Shown here piece after piece: positions 1 to 13,959 of a DNA stretch of 64,000 nucleotides. Under the pieces are notes generated by a model, which was not told where the DNA came from, did not search any database, and saw only the letters and a list, made by a program, of their open reading frames with translations. The position numbers and the translations under genes are program-made. Each line of letters opens with the position of its first letter. The stretch's first letter is position 1. Where the stretch lies: NCBI GenBank assembly GCA_964016885.1, contig OZ024746.1:93930001-93994000 (forward strand), given 5' to 3'. The stretch is from Eledone cirrhosa (lineage: Eukaryota).

Positions 1-45
1 AGTCTTATTTTATTAAAAAGATGGGATGGTTACTTCTGAAAAGCC

Positions 46-472
46 TTAAACCCTTTTGCATTTAAACCAGCCAGAATTCTCTCACCTCTTTCTGTTCAAA
101 CCAGCTGTAACTGTCTGCTCATACTGATGTTAAAGTATTGTTCTCAAAATAAATAATATCAAAATCTCATAGATTCAGTATTATGTGAGATAATTATGTG
201 AGATAAAGCCTTTACTGCAGATATACAATAGTATAAATATAGATTAATGTAAATGTTATGCGAGATAATTATGTGAATAAAGCCTTTAATCTATATTTAC
301 TATTGTATATCTGCAGTAATGTAAATGTTATGTGAGATAAAGCCTTTACTGCAGATATACAATAGTAAATATAGATTAATGTAAATGTTATGTGAGATAA
401 TTATGTGAATAAAGCCTTTACTGCAGAAATACAATAGTAAATATAGAGTAATGTAAATGGTAAAAGGGTTAA
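46..472. mobile_element. piggyBac-like MITE (TTAA-CCCTTT...AAAGGG-TTAA); related partial copies at ~538-776 and ~1680-1884
   Basis: ttaa(a)cccttttgcattt at 46 and aaatggtaaaaggg-ttaa ending at 472 form TIRs with TTAA flanks. Internal sub-repeats are present, and the body recurs twice nearby. Confidence 0.6.
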
Positions 473-2260
473 AGGAATGATATTTTAGGCAATGTAGTCT
501 TATTTTATTAAAAAAATAGGATGGTTACTTCTGAAAAGCATTTAAACTGGCCATATCCAGCCAGAATTCTCTCACTTTTTTCTGTTTAAACTGGCTGTAA
601 TCAGCCACTCATACTGACGTTAAGGTATTGTTCTCAAAATAAATAATATCAGTATCTCATAGATTTGATATTATGTGAGTTATATGAGATATTATGTAAG
701 ATAATTTTGTGAGGCAAAGCCTTTACTGCGAAAATATAATAGTATATATAGAGTAATGTAAATGCTAAAGGGTTAATCTATTGGTTAATCTTGTGCTACA
801 CAACCATTAGTAAACCGTGTTACAAGCCCATCCATTTTGTATGTTTCTGATCATAATATTTACTGATTTGATGCCTGTGTCCTTATATAGTAATTCTGCT
901 TGAAACTCTTTGTATAAACTTCAACTCTCCGGAATTGTCTCCTGGCTTAAACTGTTTGATCTTAGGTAGCTATTATTGAATAAACCTATAATCAAAGGCA
1001 TTCCAATTTGCTACCATCTTTTTTTTTTCTTTGGCACAGTCTATATAGGACTACATTAGCCAATGTGCACTTTTTAAAAGGCTATATTATGAAGAAGAGT
1101 TGCCTGCTGTATCTAGTCTGTGCTTTCTCCACCAGAATTAACGTCTAGAAACGTGAACATAAGCTGTATTGACCTGCACAGTTCAGGAGGACCACGTCTT
1201 TTGTGTGTATATGGTAATTGACTTGTTTGTACTCTTGATAACATTAGTTGTAGCTCATGAGTATTTTATATTCAACAAAATTGAACATTTTTCAGGATTC
1301 TTTTAATTGGTGTGTGTTGCAACTACTTCATATGGAAGCCTGTGTGGTGGTTTGATCTGTTAGAAATAACAACTAAATTTCCCTCGTAACCACTTTTATT
1401 TTAAAATGAAAACTCATTGGATCAGGTGGCTCAGAATATAGCATGGGAAAAAAGACTCGATAATTATAGCTGGAATACCTTTGACCATAAGTCTGTTTGA
1501 TTAAGGCTTGGTTAAGGCTAAACAATTATTGTGCATTATTTTATCTAGAGCTGTGCACCATATGTAATGTTTCTCCCAAATTCCTCAAAACTCTTAGTTT
1601 TGGTTTCATGAAAAACAAACCTCTTGAATGGGAACACCAGTCTATTGCAAGTGATGATACTAGATGATTTGATATTAAAACATTTAAACTGACCATACCC
1701 AGCCAGAATTCTCTCACCTCTTTCTATTCAAACCAGCTCCTTATACTTATATTATGGTATTGTTCTGAAAATAAATATCAAAATCTCGCTGATTCTATAT
1801 TGAGTGAGATAATTATCTGAGATAAAGTGTTTACCATGAAAATACAATAGTAGATATAGAGTAATGTAAATGTTAAAGGGTTAAAGTATGTTACAAAACC
1901 AGAGAATTGAAAAAGAGGCAGACAAATTGCTATATTTATTAAAATTGTTTTTTTTATAATCATAGTCTTATTTTATATAACTTTATTTTGTCATCTTCCC
2001 ATTAATGGGAAGGGTTATGAAATTGTACTATTATGAGGAGGGGAGCTGATATTTGTCAGTTTGAGAACTTTGTTTTCCCCAGGCATAATGCAATCATGGC
2101 CATTGTGTGAGATTTCAGTTATTTAAATATTGTCATTTTATTCAACGAAAATTGACTATTGTTTTATGTTGTACAAAAAATCAATGTTTTTTTTTTTTTC
2201 ATATTTAGAAATGTTATGTTGGGAATATTATTTTCATTTGATCTTTTTGTTTTCTTGCAG

Positions 2261-2396
2261 GGAATGTAGGATAAAAGTTGATATAGAGAAACCAACAAAC
2301 CGAGATATTACAGACGCTTTATTAAAACATGAGCAAGCACAGCGGCACTTGAAAAACAACTTGGACTATCAACATGTGTCAGCCACAGAAGTCTGA
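2261..2396 (+). CDS. 3'-terminal coding exon of an unidentified host gene (ECRIKVDIEKPTNRDITDALLKHEQAQRHLKNNLDYQHVSATEV*)
   Basis: Strong acceptor tctttttgttttcttgcag at 2260 (phase 2). Protein-like composition in AT-rich surroundings, a TGA stop, and a C-terminal T-E-V class I PDZ-ligand-like motif. Confidence 0.75.
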
Positions 2397-2484
2397 ATTA
2401 TCCCCTTTTTATCCTTTTTTTCCTCTTTTGCAGTAGCAACATTGTAACATGTTGTTCAGAATAGCAAAACAGATATAATCTAAG

Positions 2485-2522
<38 letters not shown>

Positions 2523-3258
2523 ATTTTTTTTTTTTCACAGAAAAGGCATTTTTTTCTGTGGCTATTTCTCTGGATTGTATTTTTGTAAGAGATCATTACA
2601 TATGTCTTCTCTGTTAATGAACAGAGTGGATAAGAGTTGCCTGATGTGTATGAAATGCACACACAAACACATACACACGCACTCTCTGAGAGAGATAGGT
2701 AACTTTGTGGTAACCCTGCACTGCCAGATGATGCGTGTACAAAAAAAAAAATGAAAGGAGTTACAGTCCCAATCCTCTTTTTTTTTTTACTTTAAATGAT
2801 TTCTCTCTTCTACATCCATCTCTACTTGGGCAGACAGTATGCTATCAGGTTAGGAACCTCTTAGATGGAACACGTTTACAGTTAACCCTAGGATGTTGCT
2901 GATCTAAGTTGAGCACAAACAGGATGGGCATTTAGTCACATTCCCTTGTTTCTCTCTTCTAGACTATGCAAAAAATTACAACAGATTCTTCAATAATTTA
3001 ATGGAAGTGGTACAGCTGTCCCTCTTTTACCTTTTTTTTAAAATCTTTCTTTGTACTTCCATCTTACAGAATCTTCCATATCCATCTAGATTTGGTCAAG
3101 AATCATGTCTTACTATCGCACAGTAAAAGTGTTGCTGTGTTGAAAATCTTCTTCAGCTGTTGGAAACTCTCCGAGTAATTGGGAATTATTAGATGGAATA
3201 TTTGGAATAGTTTATATATATAAAATATAAGCAATTTTTTAAATTTATTTTTTATTTT

Positions 3259-3293
<35 letters not shown>

Positions 3294-5025
3294 TCATATA
3301 TATGTGTATATATATATATGTTTTAATCCCTTAGTAAATTATTTTGCCTGTAGTTTTAAGCTTCAAAAGAATTTATTGAAATCTATTTAAGAATATTTGT
3401 TTTGTTGCTCAGACTTGATGCTTAAAGGAAGCACACTTTTCTGTAATTGTTGCAAATGTTTAGCTTTCCATATCAGCAAAGAAAACAGACTAAATGGTGT
3501 AAGAAATGGTTGTGTCCTAAAGTTAAACAAACAACAAAACAGAGGAAAAAGTCAAAACAAATCTTTAATTTATTAATTTATTGTTCATATCTCTTTTCCC
3601 ACCTATTATTAGTTTACATCTCTCCCATACACACACACTCAAGAAAACCAAAACGTTGATAAACTGTGCTGCACATATTTCACAAAAGAATGTAACCATT
3701 GGAAATGCAAATTTGGATTACTTATTTTGCTTTAAAAAAAATTGGTACATTGTCATGGCAGAATTCTCAGAAAAAAAAAACGTTCTGTCTGGATAAAACT
3801 TTTCACCACCGTCCTTTTTTCACGAAAGAATTCTCAATTTGGTTTCTAAAAGGTTAGAAAAAAGCTAATACATACAGCCAACCAATCAATCAACAAACTT
3901 AAAGATTTATAATGATGATTCCTTTACAGAAAATAACCAAAAACCATCCACAATAACAAACTATAACAGCAAAATTATTTACATGAATACATTGGCACTT
4001 TCATAAACTCAATGAAACTTATTTGAATTCAAAGTGCTATTAACTGTTTCTATTTTAGCAGAGATACTGCTTCTCTCATCCTCTTCCCCTCTTCATCTGC
4101 CCCCCCCCCCCTTTTTTTTTGAGAACCACAAAAGAAAAACATGATCAAAAACTTATGCTGTTCTCTTCAAACATCACCACCACCATGGTTTCACCATTTG
4201 TTTTCTCTTTCAGTTAATCCTTCCCTCCTTCCTTATTCAATGTTTGATTTACTGACTGATTATTTTATATCAATCTGAACTGATGTGTTCAGAGAAAAAG
4301 AAATTTAGTGACAATTATTCATCTCATTCTCTTAGAGGTAATGTCTTTCTCCCCTTTCCTATTGGCTGACACTCTATTAAAGCACAGACAAACAACCAAC
4401 TACAATATCACATACACATATGTGTGCAACATATATTTAGATTGACAATTTCAAGAAGTCAAAACTTCTATGGACTTTATGGTACACCAGCATTGACCGG
4501 TGACTCTAGAAATTTCAGAAGTGTAATAGGAATTTTTTTACACCCATCCCCTTATCCTATCCCATAAAATAAGCAAAAGAAGTTATCATGTATCATTTAC
4601 CATTCCATTTCAGTGGCAGGCGGGAGAGCGGGTCAAGGGGAGAATATTAAGTTTTGAGGCCCACACAGCAACCCCTACAGAAACTGTTTTTTTCTTCTTT
4701 TTTGTCCAGTATTGCTGAACAAGGCCCTAGCTCTGTAATGTAGTAAATATATTATGAAAAACAAACAAACCGGAAAAAAAAACAAAGAAAACAATTGAAA
4801 AGAGAAAAACTTTGAAAAAAAAAAAAGTAAAATTCCCTACCCCATCCTTTTCTTCCCCCTTCCCAGAAGCATGGAGGCAGACAGCCATGGAATCATGCTT
4901 TGTAGCAGTATATGTCTGTGATGTTATTTTGTACATATTGTATATTTATCAAGATATGTATATATGTCATGTTGTCATATATCACTCAACATGAATAAAG
5001 GTCACAAGCCAGCTATTTTTTCAAT
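2397..5025 (+). promoter_or_regulatory. Putative ~2.6-kb 3'UTR with polyadenylation signal AATAAA at 4994-4999
   Basis: Nearly transposon-free U/A-rich tract after the stop codon. Pumilio-type TGTAHATA at 4930 and 4958; AATAAA is followed by U/GU-rich sequence; repeats resume at ~5.3 kb. Confidence 0.5.
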
Positions 5026-5358
5026 TACAGAATTCGTCTTCTTTGGTCAGATTCCTGCTATCATGCTTCTCTCTATATCTCTGTGTTGTAATGCTTTGCT
5101 TTCTTTTCTTTTTATTCAAAAGGTTGCCTTTTATTATTATTTAGTCATGTTTTTTTTTTGTTTTTTTTTTAAATTTTGCATTTGAGTTTTATATTTTACT
5201 TTCATGGAAAGTAGTAGGGCTACTGCCACACTAAAAGAAACTAAGCCAGAATGGAACGTATGCAGTCACCTGACGTATCTAGCCCCAGAACGTGACAAGC
5301 ATGGAAAATGGATGTAAAAACTTGATGTTGATGATAGAATTGAATTTTTAAGTTAACA

Positions 5359-5574
5359 TTAATCCTTTCGTCACCATATTTCTAATGAAAGCTACTGCCT
5401 AGGATTTTCAAATTATTCTGAGAATAATTAATAACTTCTCGTTATTAATTTGGCATTTAAAACAATATTTAGCAAATGTTTTTACATAAAATCATGTTAA
5501 ACACTTTAAAACAAAGTTTTGTATCAGATAACCAGGGGTGATTTTATGAGGTTTGGTAAAAGAAAGGGTTTTAA
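5359..5574. mobile_element. Second piggyBac-like MITE (degenerate)
   Basis: ttaatcctttcgtcacc ... ggtaaaagaaagggttttaa imperfect TIRs with TTAA ends. Confidence 0.45.
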
Positions 5575-6354
5575 AGTTGCATGAAGCTTTCTGATGATAA
5601 CAAACAGAGAGGGCAAGTTAGAAAAAGTTTTATTAGGTGAATGCTAATAATGGATGAGCTGCTATAGATTTTTTTTTTTTTTTTCTGTTTCATACAAAGT
5701 AGACACTGCAAACATGTGATCCCCACTGTAGGACATCTTGGACAATTGTCTTTTGTCAAATCTTGGATTGACCCATATCTTGTGTGTAAAATTGAGTTGA
5801 TGGAAACTGCTGTCAAATTGTCTGAGCATGTAATTCAAAGAGTCAACCTGGTCACAAAGTATGTCACCCTAAATCTCTGTGATAAATAGGTTACTTGTAT
5901 ATGGGATATTCAGCCACTTATTAATTTATTGAATTGGCAATGCCGTTGACGAAACTGGATACTCCTCATTGAAACTGATAAGGATCTATTTACTTTTTAA
6001 CAAAACAAACAGCAGTTTATTTTACATAGATCACAGATGATGAATGAAATTATTCCAAAAAATTAAAATGTGTATTGATGAGAGTGTTAAATGCTAAATT
6101 TTGAATCATATCTTAATTCAAAGGAAAGGAAAGGAGCAGATCTTCAGACTAGATCAAAGAAACAATGTTTCTATTTGTCTTTCTGTTGCTGATATTCTCT
6201 GCCGGTTACAGGAGCAATATAAAGTAAAGCATTTTGCTTAAAAGCAGAGCACAGTTCAAGTATCAAAACCACTACTCAAAATAGTCTAACACCTTAACCA
6301 TTAGGCTACATGCCTCATTCAAAATATTAATGAAATTTTCCAAAATTAAGATCA

Positions 6355-7285
6355 AGGATAATAATGGTTTCTAATTTAGGCATGGGACCTGTAATTTGAG
6401 GAAAGAGCAAATGCTATTGTTGACTGCGGATGTATGAAAGGCAAAGTTAAAAGTGGTGGTATTTGAACTCAGAAGGATAGCGTTTAGCATATACATTCGC
6501 ATAAAAACCAAAAAGGTCACAATATAGTTAATTTTATTCTCTTACTTAGTTACTATCCTTGCGTAGCTAACTCGCACCATATCATACAAAATGGCCGCTA
6601 ATTATGTTGAGAAATGAACACAAGATAATAGTTTCTGATTTAAGCACAAGTCTTGCAATTTTAGGGGAGGGGAAAGTTGATTAAATCGACACCAGTGCTT
6701 TACTGGTACTTTATTTTATCGACCCTGTAAATAGGCAAAGCTAACCTTGGCGGGATTGGAACTCAGAAGGTAAAGGGCCGTAACTTTATGTCACGAAGCA
6801 TGGTGTTCGATGCTCTACCGATTCTGCCAATCAACCGCTTTAAATATACACAAGATAAGAAACCGATGGAAATATTAAATTTGTTGATCTTACATAAAAG
6901 ATAGTCATTCCCTTAATTATGCATAATTAATTGTTTTTACATTTAGCACAAGGCCAGCAATTTGAATGGTAGGGGAATGTCGGTTAACTTGACCCCAGTG
7001 CATTACCAGTATTTTATTTTAGCGCCCCCCGTATGGATGAAAGACAAAGCTAACCTTGGCAGGATTTGAACTCAGAACTTAAAGGGCCATAACTCAATAT
7101 TGCAAGGCATTTTGTACGACGCTCTACCGATTCTGCCAACTCACCGCCCTAATTATTGTTATGCATAATAATTGTTTCTACTATTGGCACAAGGCCAGCA
7201 ATTACCCCAGTGCATTGCATGTACATTATTTTATGAACCTCGTAAGGATGAAAGGCAAAGTTAACCTCGGCGGGATTTGAACTCA
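6355..7285 (-). mobile_element. Cluster of four co-oriented tRNA-derived SINEs (family A)
   Basis: Copies at ~6355-6480, 6625-6840, 6928-7150 and 7168-7285 share the reverse complement of gagttcaaatcccgccgaggttaactttgcctttcatccttacggggtcgataaaataaagtaccag...ggccttgtgcc...agaaac-(ATT)n. Confidence 0.85.
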
Positions 7286-7699
7286 CATCGTATAATAATA
7301 AATACAAAAAAAAAACAGAAGAAAGGTAATTCCAATCACAAGCCACCGGAGGCGCTGGCATGCCTCAAAATTATTAGAGAAAACTCCAACACACTTGTAG
7401 TATTGCACTGAAGGTGGATAGCGAGGCTGAAACGCTAGAATAACTAAACACTGTTGCGGGCAACATCTGATACGTCAGTAAGGTGAGCTATCAGCAATGA
7501 CAAGAACCTTGTCAGCTGTCCAGACGTCCCAAGCACCTCTAACACCACAGGATGAAAAAAAAAAAAAAAGGTTTCTCTCCGAAACGTTACACTTCACCTC
7601 TTCCAAACAACGTGGACAGTTTTCAAAGTGTAAATTAAAAACAAAATCAAGTACAATCATTATAATTACTGTCATATCGATTGAATAGAAGTAAATATA

Positions 7700-8335
7700 C
7701 GCACACAAGTACACCAGGTCTGAATACGGAGGAGCCGAACTCCCACTGCCATCACCTCCATCTCTCTCGCTCCTCATCTTTCACTATAATGAGCAAATGG
7801 GGTCTCACGTGCTGGCCGCCTCACGGCCTCGGCGGATAGAATAGAGAAGGCGTTTCCTCGGAGGTTGTTGGAGATGCGCTGGAAGACGCATTCAATCTCA
7901 CGAGGCTCACACCTGCGTCTAGCCAGCTCTGCGCCTATGATGGTGAATAGGGAGGTGGTCCTAGGGCCAAGGACACCGGAAATTTCCACTGCTAGGGGCG
8001 CGACTACAATCATGTCAAAGAGCGATTGATACTTGGAGAGTTTACCCTCCTCAGCCCGAAGTGCAACAGAGGCTGAGTTAGTTGCAGACTGCACTAGGTT
8101 GCCGCTGCATGTGGCATACCAGACGAGGGGTTTACTTCCATGGAACGGGAAGATGGTCATGCCGCCTGGCCTTTTGCTGTCTCCTCAGTCCGGCTCGAGC
8201 TGGGAGGGGAAGCCTGCAGCAGCCAAGCCATGCTTTATGACCTCGTGGAGAGCAGCATAACGTAGAAGGCGGCCGGCACTGTAGCGACAGGACAGCGGAT
8301 GGAAGCCAAAAGAGTCTACGGTGGATCCACAGACA
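7700..8335 (-). mobile_element. 3' fragment of a CRE-like non-LTR retrotransposon (restriction-like endonuclease domain)
   Basis: GMTIFPFHGSKPLVW(D>Y)ATC, AEEGKLSKY, PLAVEISGVLG and QRIS...RGNA motifs, with upstream HPLSC...GR zinc-knuckle remnant. Smaller pieces at ~15822-15990, ~20605-20775 and ~52985-53140. Confidence 0.75.
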
Positions 8336-8749
8336 GTTATTCCACTATTTCAGCTCACTATACTAACAATGTAGAACATCACTGGTTAGTGGAGAGTCTT
8401 CTGTTTTGCTGTCAATAGAATTACTCTGCTGTGCTGCATTGATTACTATTTTTCTCTCTCTGCCATCATATTTCTGTTGAAAGACTAAAATCAATAACAC
8501 TCCATCAGATGAAACTTTACCAATTAATTACCACAACTCAGTTTTTATGTTGTGTGTGTTTTGTAACATATCTTTTTTTTTTTTTTTAATCTCTCTCTTC
8601 TTTCTTTTTCTATCTTCGATCAGAAAATCAAACAGAACTCAACAGAATCAATCGTGTTGATGAGTTCAGACATGATAGGAAAGAAAACACAAAAAGAAAT
8701 AGTTATAGATTTCAGCTTCGATTATTATTATTATTATTATTACTATTGT

Positions 8750-8960
8750 TCTTTGAGTCTCAGCCATTGATGTTAGTTAACTGGAAAGTTTGTTGAAATG
8801 AATATCAAGCCACTACCTGCAGCCTCAGACATTCAGGACGTATCGAAGGGTTCTTGCTGTTCCCAGCAAGCATGCCTTTTGAAGTGTTCCAAAAAGCGGG
8901 GCGGGGCCAATTATCTTTAACCATCCCTGGAAACCTTTTGAGATAGTACCTCGTGCACCT
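8750..8960 (-). mobile_element. 3' end of an R4/Dong-like RLE retrotransposon
   Basis: LQKACLLGTARTLRYVL* C-terminal motif; (TTA)n on both sides. Confidence 0.65.
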
Positions 8961-8974
8961 TTATTATTATTATT

Positions 8975-9197
8975 AGGGTGGTGGATTGGCAGTATCGGTA
9001 GAGGGTCGGATGCCATGCTTTGCAGCATAGAGTTACGGTTCTTTACGGTCTGAGTTCAAATCTCGCCGATGTTAACTTTGCCTTTCATCCTTACGGGGTC
9101 GATAAAATAAAGTACCAGTATCGTACTGGGGTCGATTTAATCGACTTTCGCCTCCCCCCAAATTACTGACCTTGTGCCTATAGTAGAAATCATTATT
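8975..9197 (+). mobile_element. Full-length SINE family A
   Basis: tRNA-like A box (tggcagtatcggtag) and B box (gagttcaaatc), conserved central domain, ATT tail. Confidence 0.85.
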
Positions 9198-12100
9198 GGC
9201 GACATGTAGGAAAACGTATTATCGCGAACTCCATAAAGGTTTGTTGTTTTCAGTTGTTTTGAATTGCCAGTTATGGAGAATTCTTGTTGTTAACTGTTTA
9301 TAAGTTCATATATATTGCTTTCTGAAAAGAGCGCTCAATAATATTAGAGCCTTGAGCCCAAAATTTAAAGTTTATTTTGTCAAACAAAAAAGTGTGGACG
9401 GCATTCGCCTCCCCAAATCTAGCCAGCTGTCTCGTGATAGCAGCTCTAACATACACACTACTCCCACCACCATTGTGAACCTTGCAACAATTGCCCAAAC
9501 CGATAACGTTTTTGCTAACAGCAACAGCGGTCGCCAAAGTTTGCCACGTGCAGACGTAGACTTCCCGCCTTTGCCAATGTCTACTGGTGTTAAAGCCGCC
9601 ATCTCCACCACAATGTCGAAGAGTACATCAACTCCACTGACACCACCACCACCACCACAGCAACAACTGAAACAAAAAAATTATCTCGTGATTGCAAAAG
9701 GAATTCTCCCACGTCGAACACCACCACCACATCAATAACTGAAACAAAAAATAACAAAAATAACAATCGCAACAACAGCATCAACACCAACACAAAACCA
9801 AATGTCTGTTTTGCTAAAGCGGCGAACAAGAACGAAACGATTGAGGTAAGTCAGGAAGAACTGAATGAGGCCAGGCGAATGGTGAAGAAAAATGGTTACA
9901 TGTGTGTCGTTTGTGGCGAGAGAACCCACCTAAAGACTTTCTGTCCTCAAGGGAGGGCTAAAAAATTAAGGCCACCTCTCCTGCCCACCCCACTAACTCA
10001 ACCATCAAAACCAGTAGCAGAAATGGCAGCAGCAACAGTAGCAAGACCAACACCACCTACCGCGCCAGAAATAGCACCAGCGCATCCACCATACCACAAC
10101 CAATACCAACGCCTGTGGAGGGCATTCCACTCCACGCCCTCTCACAACTGGAGAAGGATTGTAACGAGGAAGAGGGGTGGGAAACTATATCTGGGAAAAA
10201 AAAGAAAAATACCCTCTCCTTAGAGGGCGAAACAAACGAACAAGAAAGTTAAGAAGCTACGCGACGACCTACCATCACCATCATCAACCCAACACCACCA
10301 ACACCAACAAGCGAACAGAAACAAACCCACAACAAATGCAAGCAAAATAAAGCAGCCAAAAACGATACACACTACACAGCATTAAACTTGAACAAGCATT
10401 CATTACATTACATCCAACACAACACCAGCATCACAGAGAAAAACTATACAACAGCCCAAAAATTCACACCACCCTCACACATACAAATCACTCGTATCAC
10501 ACAGAAAACATACACAACACTAAAATCAAAATTCCCCAAGGACATCGGAGATTTCCGACAGACACTTTCCAGGAGGATATATAAAGACATCCTTCCGGAG
10601 GGGGCCACAAACAGTCAGAAGGACGGATTAACCATCCTTCCTCCACAAGAACTGAGGTAAGTGGTCTTATCTGGTGTAAAAGCCTCGCAAACCTGCTCAG
10701 ACGTTTCCAACTGTCTGACTGGCACATTTGGAAATCCAGTCGGTACCTATGTGGACATAGACAAACCGCATCGGGTCATCCAGATCGTATCTAGATAGTG
10801 TAAGGAAATAGATAGTTGTAGCATAGGTTGTCCACAATTCAAAACAATCGACTACACAGACCACAAATTCGTGAACTGTGTGGTCGACTTAAATAGGCTT
10901 CATAGACGGGGACTCGGTTACTGGAAGCTAAACGCATCGTTGACAGCGCGCAAAGCCTACAGAGACCGGATTAGCTAACTAGTTAAGCGTGGGTTGACGA
11001 GGGCCATCGTCAAAAACAAATGGTGGTTTGCACTGAAAAGGGCGATTAGAATAGAGTCCATTAAGTTTAGTAAGGCGTTAACAATAGAGCAGAAGGAGAA
11101 CTAGTTAGAAAATTAGACGAGGCGCTTAATAAAGGCATCGCGATCGATTCTTCAACGCAAAGCACGAAGACTGCGTTGTCAGAGCTAGGGCGCGTGTTCA
11201 CTGAAACGAGGGGACGAAAGCCGTTCGATGGGCCTGAGTGGCGGGGGCACGTCGTGGCAACAAAGCCACGATTCGATCTTTGGAGGACCACGACGGGCGC
11301 ATGCTACTCGAACCCAAGCAGATGTGTGCGGCTTTTCAGCAGCACTTCACACAGCTGTTCCGGAGCAGCGGTGGGCCGGATCGCAGTATGGACTTTAGCG
11401 TCTACCTCGACAGACTGCCGCGGCTCTCGGCTACAGAGGCGGAGTGCTGCGAAAGGCTGATAACAGCCGCTGAAATATGGGTTGCAATGACTGACTGCAC
11501 GATGGGTAAATCTGGTTTGTATGGTCTGTCCTACGAGCTTTACGTACACATGCCAGACTTGTTCGGCGACCTCTGACGTCTACTGCAACTGGCTGCATAA
11601 CGGGAGAATTCCCAGCTCTGTGAGCCGAGGAGCAGTAGCGTTGTTGAGAAATGGCCCGAACAAGGGGGACAAGATATATAATTGCAGGCCCATAACTCTG
11701 CTAAACACAGAGTTCAAGATTTTGGCCAAGGTGCTAGCAAAGAGGTTGGTGCTTGTCGTCAGTGGTCTGGTGGGAAAGGCGCAGACATGCACCATTCCAG
11801 ACAGATCCATATACGACAACCTCCACCTCATGCGATACATCGTGGAGAGTGTAGCTAACGAACCTGGCACGGGAAGGGCCTTGATCAATTTAGATCAGTC
11901 GAAAGCTTTCGATAGGGTCGACCATTGTTATCTGGCGGCCGACTTTGGGCCCGTCTACAGAGGCTGGATCGCTGCCATGCACAGCAAAATTATGCGCTCG
12001 GTTCGCCAAGGATGTCCCCTCTCGTCCCTGTTGTACCTATTGACTTTCGTGCCACTACTGCACAAACTGGAGATGTTGAGGGGCGTCCCGCACGAAATAG

Positions 12101-13707
12101 GACACGGGAGAACCGTGTCAGCATATGCCAACGACGTCACCGTAGTGGTGTCGAATGCCAAACACATCGAGGCGATCGACACTACACTAAGAGAATACGA
12201 GGCGGTGACAGGAGCAATGATTAACCAGGAAAATTCAGTGGGCCTGCAGCTCGGCACCTGGAGAGGCAGGTCCATGCCGTCCAACAGCGTCATCGGACGC
12301 TGGACGGACCGGTAAAATTGTTAGGGGTCTGGTTCGGTCCGGACCTCCAGACGGACAGAAACTGGGACGAGTTGACGAGTAGGGTGGTCTCTCTCACCCA
12401 GAAATGGGCCGAGAGGAAGCTATCGCTAAAAGGTCGAGTGGAAGTGGCGAACCTGTACATCACGTCCGTCATCTACTACCGCCTGACCGTCGTTCCTTGT
12501 CCTAAGCCTCGATTGACTGCTTCGGAGCATTTGCTCTTTCGCTTTTTGTGGAAGGGACGAGCTCTGATCGTCAGGCGGTCCGTTTGCTGTCAACACCCGC
12601 TACGTGGAGGGCTGGGTATGCCGTGGCTGATGATGCGCAGACATGCGCTCAGGCTACGGCATCTCCACCTTTTCCTCGACGGTGATCAGATGTGGACGCC
12701 GTTTGCTAGACGCATTTTTCCTCAGCTCGTCTCCTTGACGGAGCTGCAGTCCTGGGTCAAGCGAAGACCGAGAGGGAGTTTGGAGATTGGAATATCTTCA
12801 GGCGCTTACAGCCCTCGACCAATCGGGGAATGCGATCGGTGGAAACTCCACCTTGACGTTCTGTAGAAGGTTAGTGGAGGGAAAGAGCGACGACGTCCTT
12901 GGGGAGACTCTGTGCGTCGACGAAAATTAACTAGCCAATCTCTTCGGGAGAAGTGTCGGGCCGGGGCCCATGGACAACTTCCAGAAATCCCTGGCTTGGC
13001 AGTGCTACCGAGGAGCTTTGCCAGTTCGGGATAAACTCTACAGGCATGGAAGTGCCGTCAGCTGGGCCTGTTCGAAATGCGCGCAGGGCGACGAAACCGT
13101 TCTGCACGCACTCGTCCAGTTCGAGCTTATCGAACACCTGCTGTCGCGTGTAGGATGGGTCCGGCTATCAGCTGAGTCCATCGTGAGGATTGCCCCGCCA
13201 TCTTCCTTTAGCCAGGGAGGGCAGGCAGTTTTTATCGACCTGGTGGCCATGGCGAAAGAGGTCTTGTGGTGGACGCGTTTGAAAGGGCTGATGACGAGCA
13301 CTTACCTCTTCGGTGATGCCCTGATTAACTTTTTCAAATTTAATTTGAAAAAGAAAATCAGGGTGGAGAGGGAAGGGCTCTCTTCCCAGCAATTTGTTGA
13401 AAGATGGGTGAGAGAGGCAAGAATGGATGAGTAAATGGGCTTGCTCTGAGTATGCACCTGTAAACTGGAGGTGGAAAACTGGGAAAGGGCGCTTGCCCTG
13501 GTGGTCAGGTTCACCGTGGCTTTTTTAATGGGCTTTCTCTACGAGTGTCCCTCGGAAGTCTCTCCCTTATTGGGTAATTTTCTTTGTTTCTTTCTTTTGT
13601 TGTCGTTTCCTTTGTTTTTTCTTTACACGCAGAAATGCCCATTTGTACCGTCCTGTACTGTCCTTAATGTTACAGTTAATGTCAACCCTCGTGGTTAATA
13701 AAGAAAA
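9198..13707 (+). mobile_element. Near full-length decayed Tx1/L1-clade LINE
   Basis: ORF1 remnant with CX2CX4HX4C knuckle (CVVCGERTHLKTFC), ORF2 remnants, T-rich 3'UTR and AATAAA. 7-bp direct repeat CATTATT at 9191-9197 and 13708-13714. Confidence 0.9.
10660..13434 (+). pseudogene. Tx1-like ORF2 (partial APE, reverse transcriptase, C-terminal Zn finger), frameshifted
   Basis: TDH and GYWKLN motifs; RPITLLNTEFKILAK, LDQSKAFDRVDH, RQGCPLS, YAND (mutated YADD), LGVWFG, LSLKGR, CSKC...ETVLH. Multiple stops and frameshifts. Confidence 0.9.
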
Positions 13708-13734
13708 CATTATTATTATATTTTGTTGTTATAT

Positions 13735-13880
13735 TCTGTGTTCAAATGCAAGTGAACTAAACTTAGCCTGTCATCCTTCAGTGGGGTCGATAGAATAGAT
13801 ACCAGTCTAGTACTGAGTTCGATCTGATCGATTATACATTTTCTCCGTCTCCCGGAAATCCGTGGTCTTGTAGCAATGAT
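13735..13880 (+). mobile_element. Diverged SINE family A fragment
   Basis: gttcaaat...gcctgtcatccttcagtggggtcgatagaatagataccag. Confidence 0.6.
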
Positions 13881-13959
13881 AGTAATTGTTATTGTTGTTG
13901 TTGTTGTTGTTATTATATCTTTAAGGTACAATTGTTATTACAATAAGGCGGTATATTGA

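Noticed and set aside
5588-5635. CTGATGA-TAAC...GTTA-GAAA hammerhead-like string
   Set aside because: No convincing stem I; likely chance in AT-rich DNA.
7400-7595. CTGAAGG...GAAACGC and GGATGA...CCGAAACGTTA motifs
   Set aside because: Possibly decayed PLE hammerheads, but the cores and stems are too degenerate to call.
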